A stretch of 64,000 bases of DNA, taken from positions 793,666-857,665 of the forward strand of contig JAHDYR010000062.1 of NCBI GenBank assembly GCA_019828565.1, given 5' to 3'. A model generated the notes under the pieces. The model saw nothing but the letters and a program-made list of their open reading frames with translations, made no database searches and had not been told where the DNA came from. The stretch is from Carpediemonas membranifera BICM (taxonomy: Eukaryota; Protista; Fornicata). The position numbers were made by a program, and so were the translations under genes. This document shows, in pieces, positions 1-9,972 of this stretch. Numbering within the stretch: position 1 is the first letter of the stretch; every line of letters starts with the position of its first letter.

Positions 1-14
1 TGCCGGCTGACTCT

Positions 15-34
15 CGCGATCGGGCCCGATCGCG
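15..34. promoter_or_regulatory. 20-bp palindrome CGCGATCGGGCCCGATCGCG 14 bp upstream of the nuclease-kinase ATG
   Basis: Perfect here; other copies vary in the centre (GGTC, AGTC) but keep the outer arms. Function inferred. Confidence 0.45.
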
Positions 35-48
35 GCCCAGTCGAGCGA

Positions 49-1866
49 ATGCGCACTTTTTGCTCACAATTGATGTTTCACTGTAAGAGTTACACCACCG
101 GGTCCACCACTACGAATGCAGCAGACTATGCTAAACCACAGTACTACCGCCAGCATACTTCGATCTGGAAACAACCCAATGAGAAGCTCTGCAAATACAA
201 CCTTTCGAAGGGCGAACAACAGTACAAGAACGAGAACGACTTTGTTGCATCCATTCCCACACGCTGTTTTGCTGGTGAGGACGTTATCGCCTGGTCTTAC
301 GCCCCTTCCTCCGGGAAAACATCACTCGCACTCCTCACAACAGAGGACACGCTCAAGACTTCGCTGTTGAACGCAACTGAAGACGTTAAGACGAAGCTTA
401 AGCAGCAGATTGGCCCTAAAGTAGCTGATCGCTTTACAGATGACCGGTTGCTCAGCCATCTCTCCACCGTGTTCGAGCCCTTCAGCAAGGCATTGCTGCA
501 CCATACCGCTCAGCCCGACGCCGTCGTGTTTGTTTACCTCCCCGAGCACGATTTCGGCTTCGTCGAGCTGTTGTTTGAGGCGAAGCGCGCTGGTAATGTT
601 CTTAATGCAACAGGGCAGGCCTTTGTATACGCCGAGACTCTCCGCCTAACAGTCATGCACGTGGTGCAGAAGAGGTTTGGCAGCGCGGATTGCTCAAAGG
701 TCCCCGCTGTTCTCGTGGAGCGTTTCCCCGTCATCTCTTTGAGTTCCGCGCACGGCGTTGTGGGTCACCTGACGCCAGTTGGCGAGTTTGGCGTGTTCGC
801 AGGCCCGTTCCCCGATGGTTACAACTGGACGTGGACGTGTGATAATTCTGCGGAACTGAACGTCGAACAGTTCGTCGAGATGCAATGGAGCTACGTCATC
901 GCTACTGCACGCACGCTTAACACTCAGCTGTGTGATACCGCCTCCTGGAAGCTGTTCTTCCCAACCAAGTTCTGTCCACAGGGCTGTGCAAAGGAGTGTG
1001 CGCGGATGGTCACCACCTCTAACTCATTCCTGTACTTCTACGAGGATGGCGACCATAACAAGCTGCTGGCCAAGTTCGACCGCCACAGCCTTGGGCGCGC
1101 TGACCCCTCGTCACACTTCATGAGCAACCGTGACCATTTTTCTACGTTCCGTAAGATCATGAACCATGTATATTGCGAGTGCTCAAGTGAACCAGTGGGA
1201 GACGTGAGGGAGAAGCCCCCCCAGATTGTGTTCATACGCCCAGGTGCGCGGCATTGGAAACAGGTCAAGCCCATCTCCCAGAATTCTCTATCCTATTCAC
1301 TCCAGCGTGATCTGACGTCGACTCACCGCTTTGACATCACCGCTCTGATCGGCGCGATCTCTTCCCACCCCAAGCTGTTCGTCCAAAACATGATCCAGCA
1401 GCTCTGCAACATTTACTGTGATGATGTCTATGGCATCTGTTCCACGATTCTTCATCGCGACGCACGTCTCTGCAACATCTGCGTCATCAACAAGCTGCCC
1501 GATGCTGACTTTACTTTCGCCCCCGACGCCGAGAAAGGGGACGTTGCGTTCCGCCTGATTGACTGGGAGTGGATGCAAGTGTTTGATGGCTTTCTCCTTG
1601 TCGATGGGGATGCAGAACAAGCCCGCCGATCCCCCAACAACGTCGACCATGTAACCTCCACTAGTTGCCAGCTGGCCCAGCTGATCGGCAGCATGGAGCA
1701 TTACAATCATGTGAACAAGGTGGTAGGGATGGACAACGCTTTGACGTTGCTGGAGTCGTTGCAAGAGAAGATGAGCGGAGCCTCAGAAGTGCAAACCCTC
1801 GATGCGTTTGAGACGCTCATTCGCGAGTGGAGCACGGAGAATCTGAGTGTAAACGGGGGGGACTGA
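49..1866 (+). CDS. Crinkler-like PD-(D/E)xK nuclease + protein kinase-fold protein, copy 1
   Basis: QPDAVVF...LFEAKR...GQAFVYA (REase PD..ExK plus Q-x3-Y helix); ILHRDARLCNI...FRLIDWE (kinase catalytic loop and DFG equivalent). Confidence 0.8.
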   Translation: MRTFCSQLMFHCKSYTTGSTTTNAADYAKPQYYRQHTSIWKQPNEKLCKYNLSKGEQQYKNENDFVASIPTRCFAGEDVIAWSYAPSSGKTSLALLTTEDTLKTSLLNATEDVKTKLKQQIGPKVADRFTDDRLLSHLSTVFEPFSKALLHHTAQPDAVVFVYLPEHDFGFVELLFEAKRAGNVLNATGQAFVYAETLRLTVMHVVQKRFGSADCSKVPAVLVERFPVISLSSAHGVVGHLTPVGEFGVFAGPFPDGYNWTWTCDNSAELNVEQFVEMQWSYVIATARTLNTQLCDTASWKLFFPTKFCPQGCAKECARMVTTSNSFLYFYEDGDHNKLLAKFDRHSLGRADPSSHFMSNRDHFSTFRKIMNHVYCECSSEPVGDVREKPPQIVFIRPGARHWKQVKPISQNSLSYSLQRDLTSTHRFDITALIGAISSHPKLFVQNMIQQLCNIYCDDVYGICSTILHRDARLCNICVINKLPDADFTFAPDAEKGDVAFRLIDWEWMQVFDGFLLVDGDAEQARRSPNNVDHVTSTSCQLAQLIGSMEHYNHVNKVVGMDNALTLLESLQEKMSGASEVQTLDAFETLIREWSTENLSVNGGD

Positions 1867-2215
1867 GGCCCATTCATATGGTGATGCCACAAGACGAGAT
1901 AATTTCACTCACGCGAGGTTCAGCTTTTGGTGCTCTCCGCGTCGCCTGCGGAGGCCCGGCCAGCGTCAATCTCAGCCCAACTCCTGGAGGCGCCCATTAT
2001 GCGAGAAAAATACATGAGCAGACCATGCCGTCTCCGGGTGCTGAAGCGCAGAGCATCCACGCTGACTCCGTTGGATGGCTTCACGTGTTGCTTCCCGAAG
2101 CAGAATGTGACGGGCCCACCATTCTCGAACGATGAGATGAGGCATGCCGATGATGCTCGGCGGCCCTGCTCTTGGTCACTGGATCGCTTGAAATCAGTTT
2201 ACACAGATCTCACAT

Positions 2216-2772
2216 CAATTGTCTGGCTGCATCCGCGATACATGACCTGCCTCCGGTTGGCGCTGACCGATGGCAGCGGGGGCATGTGACGGTGCGCTCT
2301 CGCGACGCCCTCTGGCAGGTCGATTGACTGGCGCTGCGCCATCTCGCACTCGCCGCCATAGTGGGCCATGTGCTTCCTGGTTGGCCACGCGGAGCAGGCA
2401 CTTGTGGCAGAAGTCCTGGCCGCAAGGACATCAAGACATCTTGCAGCTGTTCAGGTCGCCCTCGCGCGACGTAAGCTCGCCGCATGTGAGGCAGCGGCGG
2501 ATGACGGGGACGTCCACAGCGGTGCCTCTGCCGAGCGTGACCAGGCGGCACGTCTGCAGGATGTCGTTCTGCTCAACGAGCATCCTGATCTCGGCGCGCG
2601 AGCATGCCTGCTGGCGCCGCGGGATGACGTGGAAGTTGGCGGCCGCGCCTACTGTGGCAGGGGCCGAGTCGAGCTTGTGACAGTCCACTCCTTCCAACAT
2701 CTCATCCATTCTTGGGAAAATATCCGACGCCAAGGCATCGGCGATGCTGAAATTGGGCCCAGAGCAAGTCAT
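2216..2772 (-). pseudogene. IBR/RBR-type zinc-finger (E3 ligase) fragment with in-frame TGA
   Basis: VPVIRRCLTCGEL...SCKMS*CPCGQDFCHKCL; same stop in the copies near 52177, 55106 and 58044. Confidence 0.65.
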
Positions 2773-3002
2773 AGGCTACGTGAACTGGATGAGACCACGG
2801 CGAATCAGCTACCCTCAAAAAGAGCAGCCTCTCGCCGCATCATAATTCGGACGCGACTCGAGCGACTTCGTTCGCCGACTCACCAACACCACCCCACCTG
2901 AGTAAATCCGTTCCCCCGGACTCCGCTTGCCGGCTGACTCTCGCGATCGGTCCCGATCGCGGCCCAGTCGAGCGAATGTGCACTTTTTGCTCACAATTGA
3001 TG

Positions 3003-3052
3003 TGTGGCACTGTGTGAACTAAAAGACAGGATGCAGTTTATGTCGTGCTACA
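3003..3052 (-). repeat. 3' LTR (50 bp)
   Basis: Identical to 7593-7642; preceded on the minus strand by polypurine tract AGGGGGGAA (3053-3061). Confidence 0.95.
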
Positions 3053-3076
3053 TTCCCCCCTAGAGCCGGCACATCA

Positions 3077-6000
3077 TTAGCGGCGGGGGCGCGGATGGTT
3101 GCGCGTGGTAGCTTCGAATCGCTTACAGGCGCGATCGAATTGAGGATGCTGGTCTCGATACTTAAGCAGGGCATCAAGTGTCATACAGTCGGAGAAGGCG
3201 AGCTCTGAGTCTTCATCGTGCTCGAAGCCAAGCCAGTTCACCGTAACGATAGGCTCGTTGGTCTGAGAATCCAGTCTGTACTGGACCACATGGTCGACAA
3301 CCTTCCAGTTGCTGTCAGCGGTGAACGCTCTGGCCGCCTCGGCCATCGTCAGCGTCGGGCCCGTGTTGGGCAGCTTGGCCAAGCGGTCGGCGAAACGGAT
3401 AATGGTCTTCCTGGTGACAGGATTGACGAGGACATAGGAATCGGGCTCCTCACCGTTGCCTTGAACGTAGTAAGGGCCTCTCATAGTGTACTGCAGTCTG
3501 GAGATGGGCTTGTCGCGCTTGACGAGCACCCAGCTCCCCAGAGGCAGGCTGGTGAAGCGAGCGGAGGGATAGTACTGGTCTTTCACCCCCTTCTGACGGA
3601 GTTGGAACTCCTGGAGCTTACCGAGTACTTCCGCAGCGTTCTTCATGGTTTCATCGGTTATGGCAGTGCGAGTCGAAGGCTCGGCATTCTTAACTTGGTG
3701 GTAGGCGAGTGCAGCAGCGAGTGCAGCTTCACGAGGCGTTGCACCGCCTAAAACTCTGGATGGCGTGGCGTTAATGTTGATTTCAGCCTGTATCATAGCT
3801 GAACGCCAGCCTGCGCGGGAGCAGTCAGGCAAAGAGGATAGTGAGATGCGGAGGTGCTTATTCACCTCTCTGTTCGTTCGCTCAACGAGTGCATTACCCT
3901 CGTGGCGCTCGGGCGTCGTGTTATGGTGTATGATCCCGAATGTTGCGCAGAAATGGTCGAACTCCGCGTTGCAGAATTGTGTTCCACTGTCGGTAACAAT
4001 GGTATCTGGGCAGGCCCATCGTGCGATGATCTGCGAGCGAATTGCTCGGATGGTGGACCGCGCATCTAAAGTCTTGAGTGGGATCAGGTGAGTCAGATGA
4101 GTCGCGCTATCAATGCACGTCATGATGTACCGATAACCGTTGTCCGGTCGGTCGATCGGTCCCACTGTGTCGATGTATAAGGTGGCGAGTGGACGGGCAG
4201 GCGGGAGATGGCCCGGGTTGTAAGCCACGTTCGGCGTCGCTCGGTCTCGTTGGCAGGTCACACACCTCTTGATCATCTTGTCGACATCGGTCCTGGCGCT
4301 TGCCCAGAGGAGACCTGCCTTCTCGAGGAGGGCGAGGGTGGTCTCGAGTCCGGCGTGGTGTCGATGGTGCACCATGAGGAAGCGCTCGCGCTTCTGCGTG
4401 TCAGTGAGACCCGATGTGGCGATGACGGACATTACGAACGGCAGGCGGCTCAGCCCGTCAGCGGCGGTGTTCATGTCGCCCGGTACGTGGACGATCTCGG
4501 TGACCGGGAACCGTGCGATCTCAAGAGCCCAGCGTATCACCTTGGGCGTATCCGAGCTAACCATCTGTACGAGGCAGCTGTTGTCGGTGTGCAGTATCGT
4601 CTCGGTCCCGATCAGTAGTGAGCGGAAGCGCTCAAGGGCAGAGTATACCGCAAACATCTCCTGTTCGACGATCTTCCAGACCTGTTGTTGCTTGTCGAAG
4701 CGCCTGGAGTAGAACGCGAGAGGGCGGTCGCCCTGCATAAGCACTGCGCCAATGCCGGTGGTTGAGGCGTCAGTATAGAGGTCCACGCGGCTGTTGGGGT
4801 CGAAGTGCGTCAGCTCGATCTGTCTGGCGACAGCTTGCTTGAGGCTGGTCATAGCCCACTCGAGCTGCTCCGGCTCGACGGTCTCACCGTTCTTCAGTGC
4901 TTCGAGCGGTGCGGCGAGGCGGATGAAATCTGGGATGTGCCTCCTCACAAAGCCGAAGATGCCGACAATGTGATGGGCCATCTTGGCAGTGCGAGGGGTG
5001 CTGAGCTTATGTATGCTCTCGACGCGGGCAGGGTCGATGCGGACACCGGTGCCGCTGACGAGGCAACCCAGATAGACGATCTCCTTCAGTCCGATGTGCG
5101 ATTTCCGACCAGAGAGGCGTATGCGGTGCTGCTGGAGGACAGGGAATAGCTCGCGGAGGACATCGAGGAGCTGCTGGACAGAGCCAGCGAAGCACAGTAT
5201 ATCGTCTACAAACGCCAGGCATGGGAGCTTATACTGGCGGCGTAGGTCGTCAATGCGTTTCTGGAACGCCATGGGGCCGTTGGTGACACCGAACGGAAGC
5301 CTGTTAAAGATATAACGGACGTCGTCGAACTCGAAGCCTGTCAGTTTGGCTGAGTCTGGGTCCATAACGAGCTGGTGAAAGCCAGCGGTGAGGTCGAATG
5401 AGGCAAAAACCTCGGCACCTCTGCATTGCTCGAACAGTTCATCTGCTGTGGGCATGGTGTAAATCTCAGGGCGCGTAGCGTCATTGAGGGCTCGGTAATC
5501 TAACACGGGCCGGAACGGGGGTGTAGCGGACGGCTTGTCCACCATAAATACGGGCGACAGCCAGTCGAGGGTGTCGGTCGTTGCCGAGATGATGTTCTTG
5601 GCCAGCATGTCATCAATGAAGAGCCGCATGGCGTCCTTCTGCGCCTTATTTCTGATCGGGCGTAGAACCTGGGAGGGGAGGACGTCGGGCTTGAGGTGTA
5701 TCTCAAAGGGTGGCAGATCGGAGCCTTGCTCGTCGAACGGGCCGAAGATGTCGGCGTACTCTACCACGAGCGCATGGAACTGCTCGGCGAGCGAGCCGAG
5801 GTTCTCATCGTATATAGTTGGGAGTGTCGGGGTTGACTCTCCGGGTGACCTGATGAAGAGGTTGAACAATGAGCGGAAGTCCGTAGGATCTTTCGTCATG
5901 GATGGGGTCGACTCGGGCTTGGCCCGGTTGTTCTTGAGGAAGTCCATACCCACTGCGCGGAGGGCAACGGTGCCGTATAGCACAGCGACAGGTAGGTCCT

Positions 6001-7567
6001 CTACGATATAAGCCGCGAGGGGCTCGGCAGCGCGGACGGGTATGTCGAAATAGGGCTGCGAGATGATCGGCGTGAAGCGTGTGGTGCCCACGTATTCTCC
6101 ATGGACAGCCTTCCAACCATTGACGTCGCCGCGCTCGGGCGTGACTGTAAGGCCAAGGTACTCCGCCGCGTCGGGGCGCATGAGGATCGGGAACTGCTCG
6201 TTCGCCGTGTCCAGGCGCACGACGATGGCCTTGCCCTTGGATTCGGCTTGCATGAGAGCCTGATAGACCATGGTGCTCTCGGGCATGTCGGTCATGAGGG
6301 GCTCGACTTGATCGTCAGGGATGAAGGAAACCTTGCCGGGCCGCGGGGCACGCTTGACGGTCGCGGCGGCAGTCCCATAGGCCGGCTCCTTCAGCTTGCG
6401 CTTATCGAATAGCGCCTTGGCCGGGCCGTAAGGTTTCTTCCCGTGCTTATGGCAGGTGGCATAATGAGAGAGCAACTGGGCATCGGTAACGTCCGGGTTC
6501 TGGACGGTCTTGTCGGTCAGCTGCTTACAGACGGTACAGTCCGCCGTGGTGTGCGTCTTGCTCAGGTGGAACGCGCATGACTTGCCGGACGAGCCAGCGG
6601 GCTGGACTGGGCCCTGGCCGGGCTTCCTCGCCTCGGCGGCTGTCGGTCTGGCATGATCAAATGTGTATAGGGGCTCGATAAACTCCGCCTTATCCTTAGC
6701 GAGAATCGCGTTATCGCGCATGGCGTTGATGAGGGTGCTGACGCTTTCACTCGCCCTGTGGATGCGATGATCGGACGTGCCTAGGAGCTGCTCCAGGCTC
6801 CTGGCGTCGAGGTGATCCATGGCGTGGACAAGGATCGTTTTGATCTCGATGCACAAGTCTGTGGATAGTTGTGGTGTCTCATCTGAGTCGTCAGGAGGGT
6901 ATAGGAGCGTATAAAGTCGCTCGAACTCGGCCAGGTAGGTGAGGATTGCTGAGAGCGCCTCCTGGCGCGTCCTGCGTGGACCAGGGCGGGACAGTGCCCT
7001 GAGTGCGGCTTTGCACTTCTCATCTCCAATGCTTGCACTCAAGCGGAACCACTGCATGAAGTTTTGTACTTGTCTGCAGATGGCCTGGGAGAGTGTCATA
7101 TTAGTCGTGTTAGTGGAGGAGGAGGCGTTGGCGGTCTTGAGCTTCTGACGGAGCTCCATCCGTAGGGTTCTGAGTTCCGCCTTCATGGGTCCCACTTCGT
7201 CCTTGAGGGTCTCGTCCTCTTCCGACATGGCGATGAGGGCCTGTAGATTCTCTATTTGTGACTGAGTGTGTCGTGTATCTGCTGACGTGGTCGTGAGAGG
7301 CTTGGAGAGGAACTCCTCAATTTCGTCACCCAGCCGTTGGAGGAACTTCTGAGGACCGGATTGATGTTTCAGCTCGGTGCCCTTGAGCGTGATATAGGGC
7401 ACGTTGGGTCTATATATGGTGTGTATAACCTTCTCGCCAGCGCCAGTGAGGTGTCCTCTCAGGGGCGTGGGTTTCTTCTTCGTTTGGGCTTGCGTCTGAA
7501 TTGCATCGCCCCAAGCGGCCCATTTTGCGATATCCGCAGTGTCGGGCGGCTCAATAGTCTTGTCCAT
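3077..7567 (-). CDS. gag-pol: Gag-Pol polyprotein (Gag, protease, RT, RNase H, integrase, chromodomain)
   Basis: CAFHLSKTHTTADC knuckle; RLDTA protease; DLTAGFHQL/LPFG/FVDD RT; YTDAS RNase H; HHCC + IDTVGP/TDSG/VER integrase; MRGPY; C-terminal VNWLGF chromodomain; single open frame. Confidence 0.96.
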   Translation of the reverse strand: MDKTIEPPDTADIAKWAAWGDAIQTQAQTKKKPTPLRGHLTGAGEKVIHTIYRPNVPYITLKGTELKHQSGPQKFLQRLGDEIEEFLSKPLTTTSADTRHTQSQIENLQALIAMSEEDETLKDEVGPMKAELRTLRMELRQKLKTANASSSTNTTNMTLSQAICRQVQNFMQWFRLSASIGDEKCKAALRALSRPGPRRTRQEALSAILTYLAEFERLYTLLYPPDDSDETPQLSTDLCIEIKTILVHAMDHLDARSLEQLLGTSDHRIHRASESVSTLINAMRDNAILAKDKAEFIEPLYTFDHARPTAAEARKPGQGPVQPAGSSGKSCAFHLSKTHTTADCTVCKQLTDKTVQNPDVTDAQLLSHYATCHKHGKKPYGPAKALFDKRKLKEPAYGTAAATVKRAPRPGKVSFIPDDQVEPLMTDMPESTMVYQALMQAESKGKAIVVRLDTANEQFPILMRPDAAEYLGLTVTPERGDVNGWKAVHGEYVGTTRFTPIISQPYFDIPVRAAEPLAAYIVEDLPVAVLYGTVALRAVGMDFLKNNRAKPESTPSMTKDPTDFRSLFNLFIRSPGESTPTLPTIYDENLGSLAEQFHALVVEYADIFGPFDEQGSDLPPFEIHLKPDVLPSQVLRPIRNKAQKDAMRLFIDDMLAKNIISATTDTLDWLSPVFMVDKPSATPPFRPVLDYRALNDATRPEIYTMPTADELFEQCRGAEVFASFDLTAGFHQLVMDPDSAKLTGFEFDDVRYIFNRLPFGVTNGPMAFQKRIDDLRRQYKLPCLAFVDDILCFAGSVQQLLDVLRELFPVLQQHRIRLSGRKSHIGLKEIVYLGCLVSGTGVRIDPARVESIHKLSTPRTAKMAHHIVGIFGFVRRHIPDFIRLAAPLEALKNGETVEPEQLEWAMTSLKQAVARQIELTHFDPNSRVDLYTDASTTGIGAVLMQGDRPLAFYSRRFDKQQQVWKIVEQEMFAVYSALERFRSLLIGTETILHTDNSCLVQMVSSDTPKVIRWALEIARFPVTEIVHVPGDMNTAADGLSRLPFVMSVIATSGLTDTQKRERFLMVHHRHHAGLETTLALLEKAGLLWASARTDVDKMIKRCVTCQRDRATPNVAYNPGHLPPARPLATLYIDTVGPIDRPDNGYRYIMTCIDSATHLTHLIPLKTLDARSTIRAIRSQIIARWACPDTIVTDSGTQFCNAEFDHFCATFGIIHHNTTPERHEGNALVERTNREVNKHLRISLSSLPDCSRAGWRSAMIQAEININATPSRVLGGATPREAALAAALAYHQVKNAEPSTRTAITDETMKNAAEVLGKLQEFQLRQKGVKDQYYPSARFTSLPLGSWVLVKRDKPISRLQYTMRGPYYVQGNGEEPDSYVLVNPVTRKTIIRFADRLAKLPNTGPTLTMAEAARAFTADSNWKVVDHVVQYRLDSQTNEPIVTVNWLGFEHDEDSELAFSDCMTLDALLKYRDQHPQFDRACKRFEATTRNHPRPRR

Positions 7568-7592
7568 GTGTTCTTGATGCTGTAGAAGCTTC

Positions 7593-7642
7593 TGTGGCAC
7601 TGTGTGAACTAAAAGACAGGATGCAGTTTATGTCGTGCTACA
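7593..7642 (-). repeat. 5' LTR (50 bp)
   Basis: TGTAGCAC...GTGCCACA with 7/8 terminal inverted repeat; contains ATAAACTGCA motif. Confidence 0.95.
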
Positions 7643-7645
7643 TTG

Positions 7646-9463
7646 ATGTTTCACTGTAAGAGTTACACCACCGGGTCCACCACTACGAATGCAGCAGACT
7701 ATGCTAAACCACAGTACTACCGCCAGCATACTTCGATCTGGAAACAACCCAATGAGAAGCTCTGCAAATACAACCTTTCGAAGGGCGAACAACAGTACAA
7801 GAACGAGAACGACTTTGTTGCATCCATTCCCACACGCTGTTTTGCTGGTGAGGACGTTATCGCCTGGTCTTACGCCCCTTCCTCCGGGAAAACATCACTC
7901 GCACTCCTCACAACAGAGGACACGCTCAAGACTTCGCTGTTGAACGCAACTGAAGACGTTAAGACGAAGCTTAAGCAGCAGATTGGCCCTAAAGTAGCTG
8001 ATCGCTTTACAGATGACCGGTTGCTCAGCCATCTCTCCACCGTGTTCGAGCCCTTCAGCAAGGCATTGCTGCACCATACCGCTCAGCCCGACGCCGTCGT
8101 GTTTGTTTACCTCCCCGAGCACGATTTCGGCTTCGTCGAGCTGTTGTTTGAGGCGAAGCGCGCTGGTAATTTGTCTGGTAATGTTCTTAATGCAACAGGG
8201 CAGGCCTTTGTATACGCCGAGACTCTCCGCCTAACAGTCATGCACGTGGTGCAGAAGAGGTTTGGCAGCGCGGATTGCTCAAAGGTCCCCGCTGTTCTCG
8301 TGGAGCGTTTCCCCGTCATCTCTTTGAGTTCCGCGCACGGCGTTGTGGGTCACCTGACGCCAGTTGGCGAGTTTGGCGTGTTCGCAGGCCCGTTCCCCGA
8401 TGGTTACAACTGGACGTGGACGTGTGATAATTCTGCGGAACTGAACGTCGAACAGTTCGTCGAGATGCAATGGAGCTACGTCATCGCTACTGCACGCACG
8501 CTTAACACTCAGCTGTGTGATACCGCCTCCTGGAAGCTGTTCTTCCCAACCAAGTTCTGTCCACAGGGCTGTGCAAAGGAGTGTGCGCGGATGGTCACCA
8601 CCTCTAACTCATTCCTGTACTTCTACGAGGATGGCGACCATAACAAGCTGCTGGCCAAGTTCGACCGCCACAGCCTTGGGCGCGCTGACCCCTCGTCACA
8701 CTTCATGAGCAACCGTGACCATTTTTCTACGTTCCGTAAGATCATGAACCATGTATATTGCGAGTGCTCAAGTGAACCAGTGGGAGACGTGAGGGAGAAG
8801 CCCCCCCAGATTGTGTCCATACGCCCAGGTGCGCGGCATTGGAAACAGGTCAAGCCCATCTCCGAAGATTCGCTCTCCTATTCACTCCAGCGTGATCTGA
8901 CGTCGACTCACCGCTTTGACATCACCGCTCTGATCTGCGCGATCTCTTCCCACCCCAAGCTGTTCGTCCAAAACATGATCCAGCAGCTCTGCAACATTTA
9001 CTGTGATGATGTCTATGGCGTCTGTTCCACGATTCTTCATCGCGACGCACGTCTCTGCAACATCTGCGTCATCAACAAGCTGCCCGATGCTGACTTTACT
9101 TTCGCCCCCGACGCCGAGAAAGGGGACGTTGCGTTCCGCCTGATTGACTGGGAGTGGATGCAAGTGTTTGGTGGCTTTCTCCTTGTCGATGGGGATGCAG
9201 AACAAGCCCGCCGATCCCCCAACAACGTCGACCATGTAACCTCCACTAGTTGCCAGCTGGCCCAGCTGATCGGCAGCATGGAGCATTACAATCATGTGAA
9301 CAAGGTGGTAGGGATGGACAACGCTTTGACGTTGCTGGAGTCGTTGCAAGAGACCGTGACGACATTAGGTGAGACGATAAGAAAGGCAAGCTACGAAGAG
9401 AGACTCGCGAAGTTTACTTCGCACATTGACCAGTGGAGTGAGCAGAATCTGGCGAGAGAGTAA
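7646..9463 (+). CDS. Nuclease-kinase copy 2 (first codons at 2976-3002 split off by the Gypsy insertion; alternative C-terminus)
   Basis: Near-identical to copy 1; 12-bp insertion (NLSG); ends TVTTLGE...NLARE. Confidence 0.8.
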   Translation: MFHCKSYTTGSTTTNAADYAKPQYYRQHTSIWKQPNEKLCKYNLSKGEQQYKNENDFVASIPTRCFAGEDVIAWSYAPSSGKTSLALLTTEDTLKTSLLNATEDVKTKLKQQIGPKVADRFTDDRLLSHLSTVFEPFSKALLHHTAQPDAVVFVYLPEHDFGFVELLFEAKRAGNLSGNVLNATGQAFVYAETLRLTVMHVVQKRFGSADCSKVPAVLVERFPVISLSSAHGVVGHLTPVGEFGVFAGPFPDGYNWTWTCDNSAELNVEQFVEMQWSYVIATARTLNTQLCDTASWKLFFPTKFCPQGCAKECARMVTTSNSFLYFYEDGDHNKLLAKFDRHSLGRADPSSHFMSNRDHFSTFRKIMNHVYCECSSEPVGDVREKPPQIVSIRPGARHWKQVKPISEDSLSYSLQRDLTSTHRFDITALICAISSHPKLFVQNMIQQLCNIYCDDVYGVCSTILHRDARLCNICVINKLPDADFTFAPDAEKGDVAFRLIDWEWMQVFGGFLLVDGDAEQARRSPNNVDHVTSTSCQLAQLIGSMEHYNHVNKVVGMDNALTLLESLQETVTTLGETIRKASYEERLAKFTSHIDQWSEQNLARE

Positions 9464-9658
9464 AAGGGACCGATGACCCGGGATTGTAACTGGCCCACGA
9501 GTCGAACGGAGTCTCTCACTCTGTGAGAGGCCCGCGACGTCGACTTCCGAACTTCATAAGTGACGATTCAACGATACAACACGCTGGCAAATGCATGTAT
9601 TGCCGAGTGTATGCTGACCCGATAAGCCTCACACTTCCTGTTCCTCCCTTCAAACCTC

Positions 9659-9949
9659 ATGGACAACCCGCTCCACTTCGTCTCGCGTTACTTCTCCGGC
9701 TATGGGCTCGCACCTGGCACAGCAGGGAGACGGGTTATCGCGAATGGATCAATGTCCATAACCCCGGGCGCGATTGAGATCCTCACAGCCACTCAGTTCC
9801 GCACGCCAATCCCTCTTCCCGAGATGGTCGACCTTGTTTCTGAGGTACTTGCATATAGACCACTGCAGAGATCTCCGGCGGATGTTATGGCCTCGCGCTA
9901 CATTACTGAGATGACAGTTGCGCACAGAGCGGCACTGGAAGACACTTAA
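9659..9949 (+). CDS. Hypothetical 96-aa protein
   Basis: ATG-started ORF, no motif recognised. Confidence 0.3.
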   Translation: MDNPLHFVSRYFSGYGLAPGTAGRRVIANGSMSITPGAIEILTATQFRTPIPLPEMVDLVSEVLAYRPLQRSPADVMASRYITEMTVAHRAALEDT

Positions 9950-9972
9950 AGTTCAAAATCTCCCTATTTAAC

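Larger units (their letters stand above)
3003..7642 (-). mobile_element. Complete Ty3/Gypsy (chromovirus-type) LTR retrotransposon, 4640 bp
   Basis: Identical 50-bp TG...CA LTRs, PPT, 6-bp TSD TTGATG (2997-3002 and 7643-7648) confirmed against empty paralogous sites. Confidence 0.97.
1..9661 (+). repeat. Tandem array 1 of the ~2.93-kb nuclease-kinase unit (second unit interrupted by a Gypsy element)
   Basis: ATG at 49 recurs at 2976 (period 2927); near-identical to 49737-60623. Confidence 0.95.

Noticed and set aside
7575-7592. Tf1-type self-priming site or 5S rRNA-primed PBS
   Set aside because: Only 5 bp pair with the LTR start, and the resemblance to 5S 3' ends is imperfect; cannot be supported without host RNA sequences.
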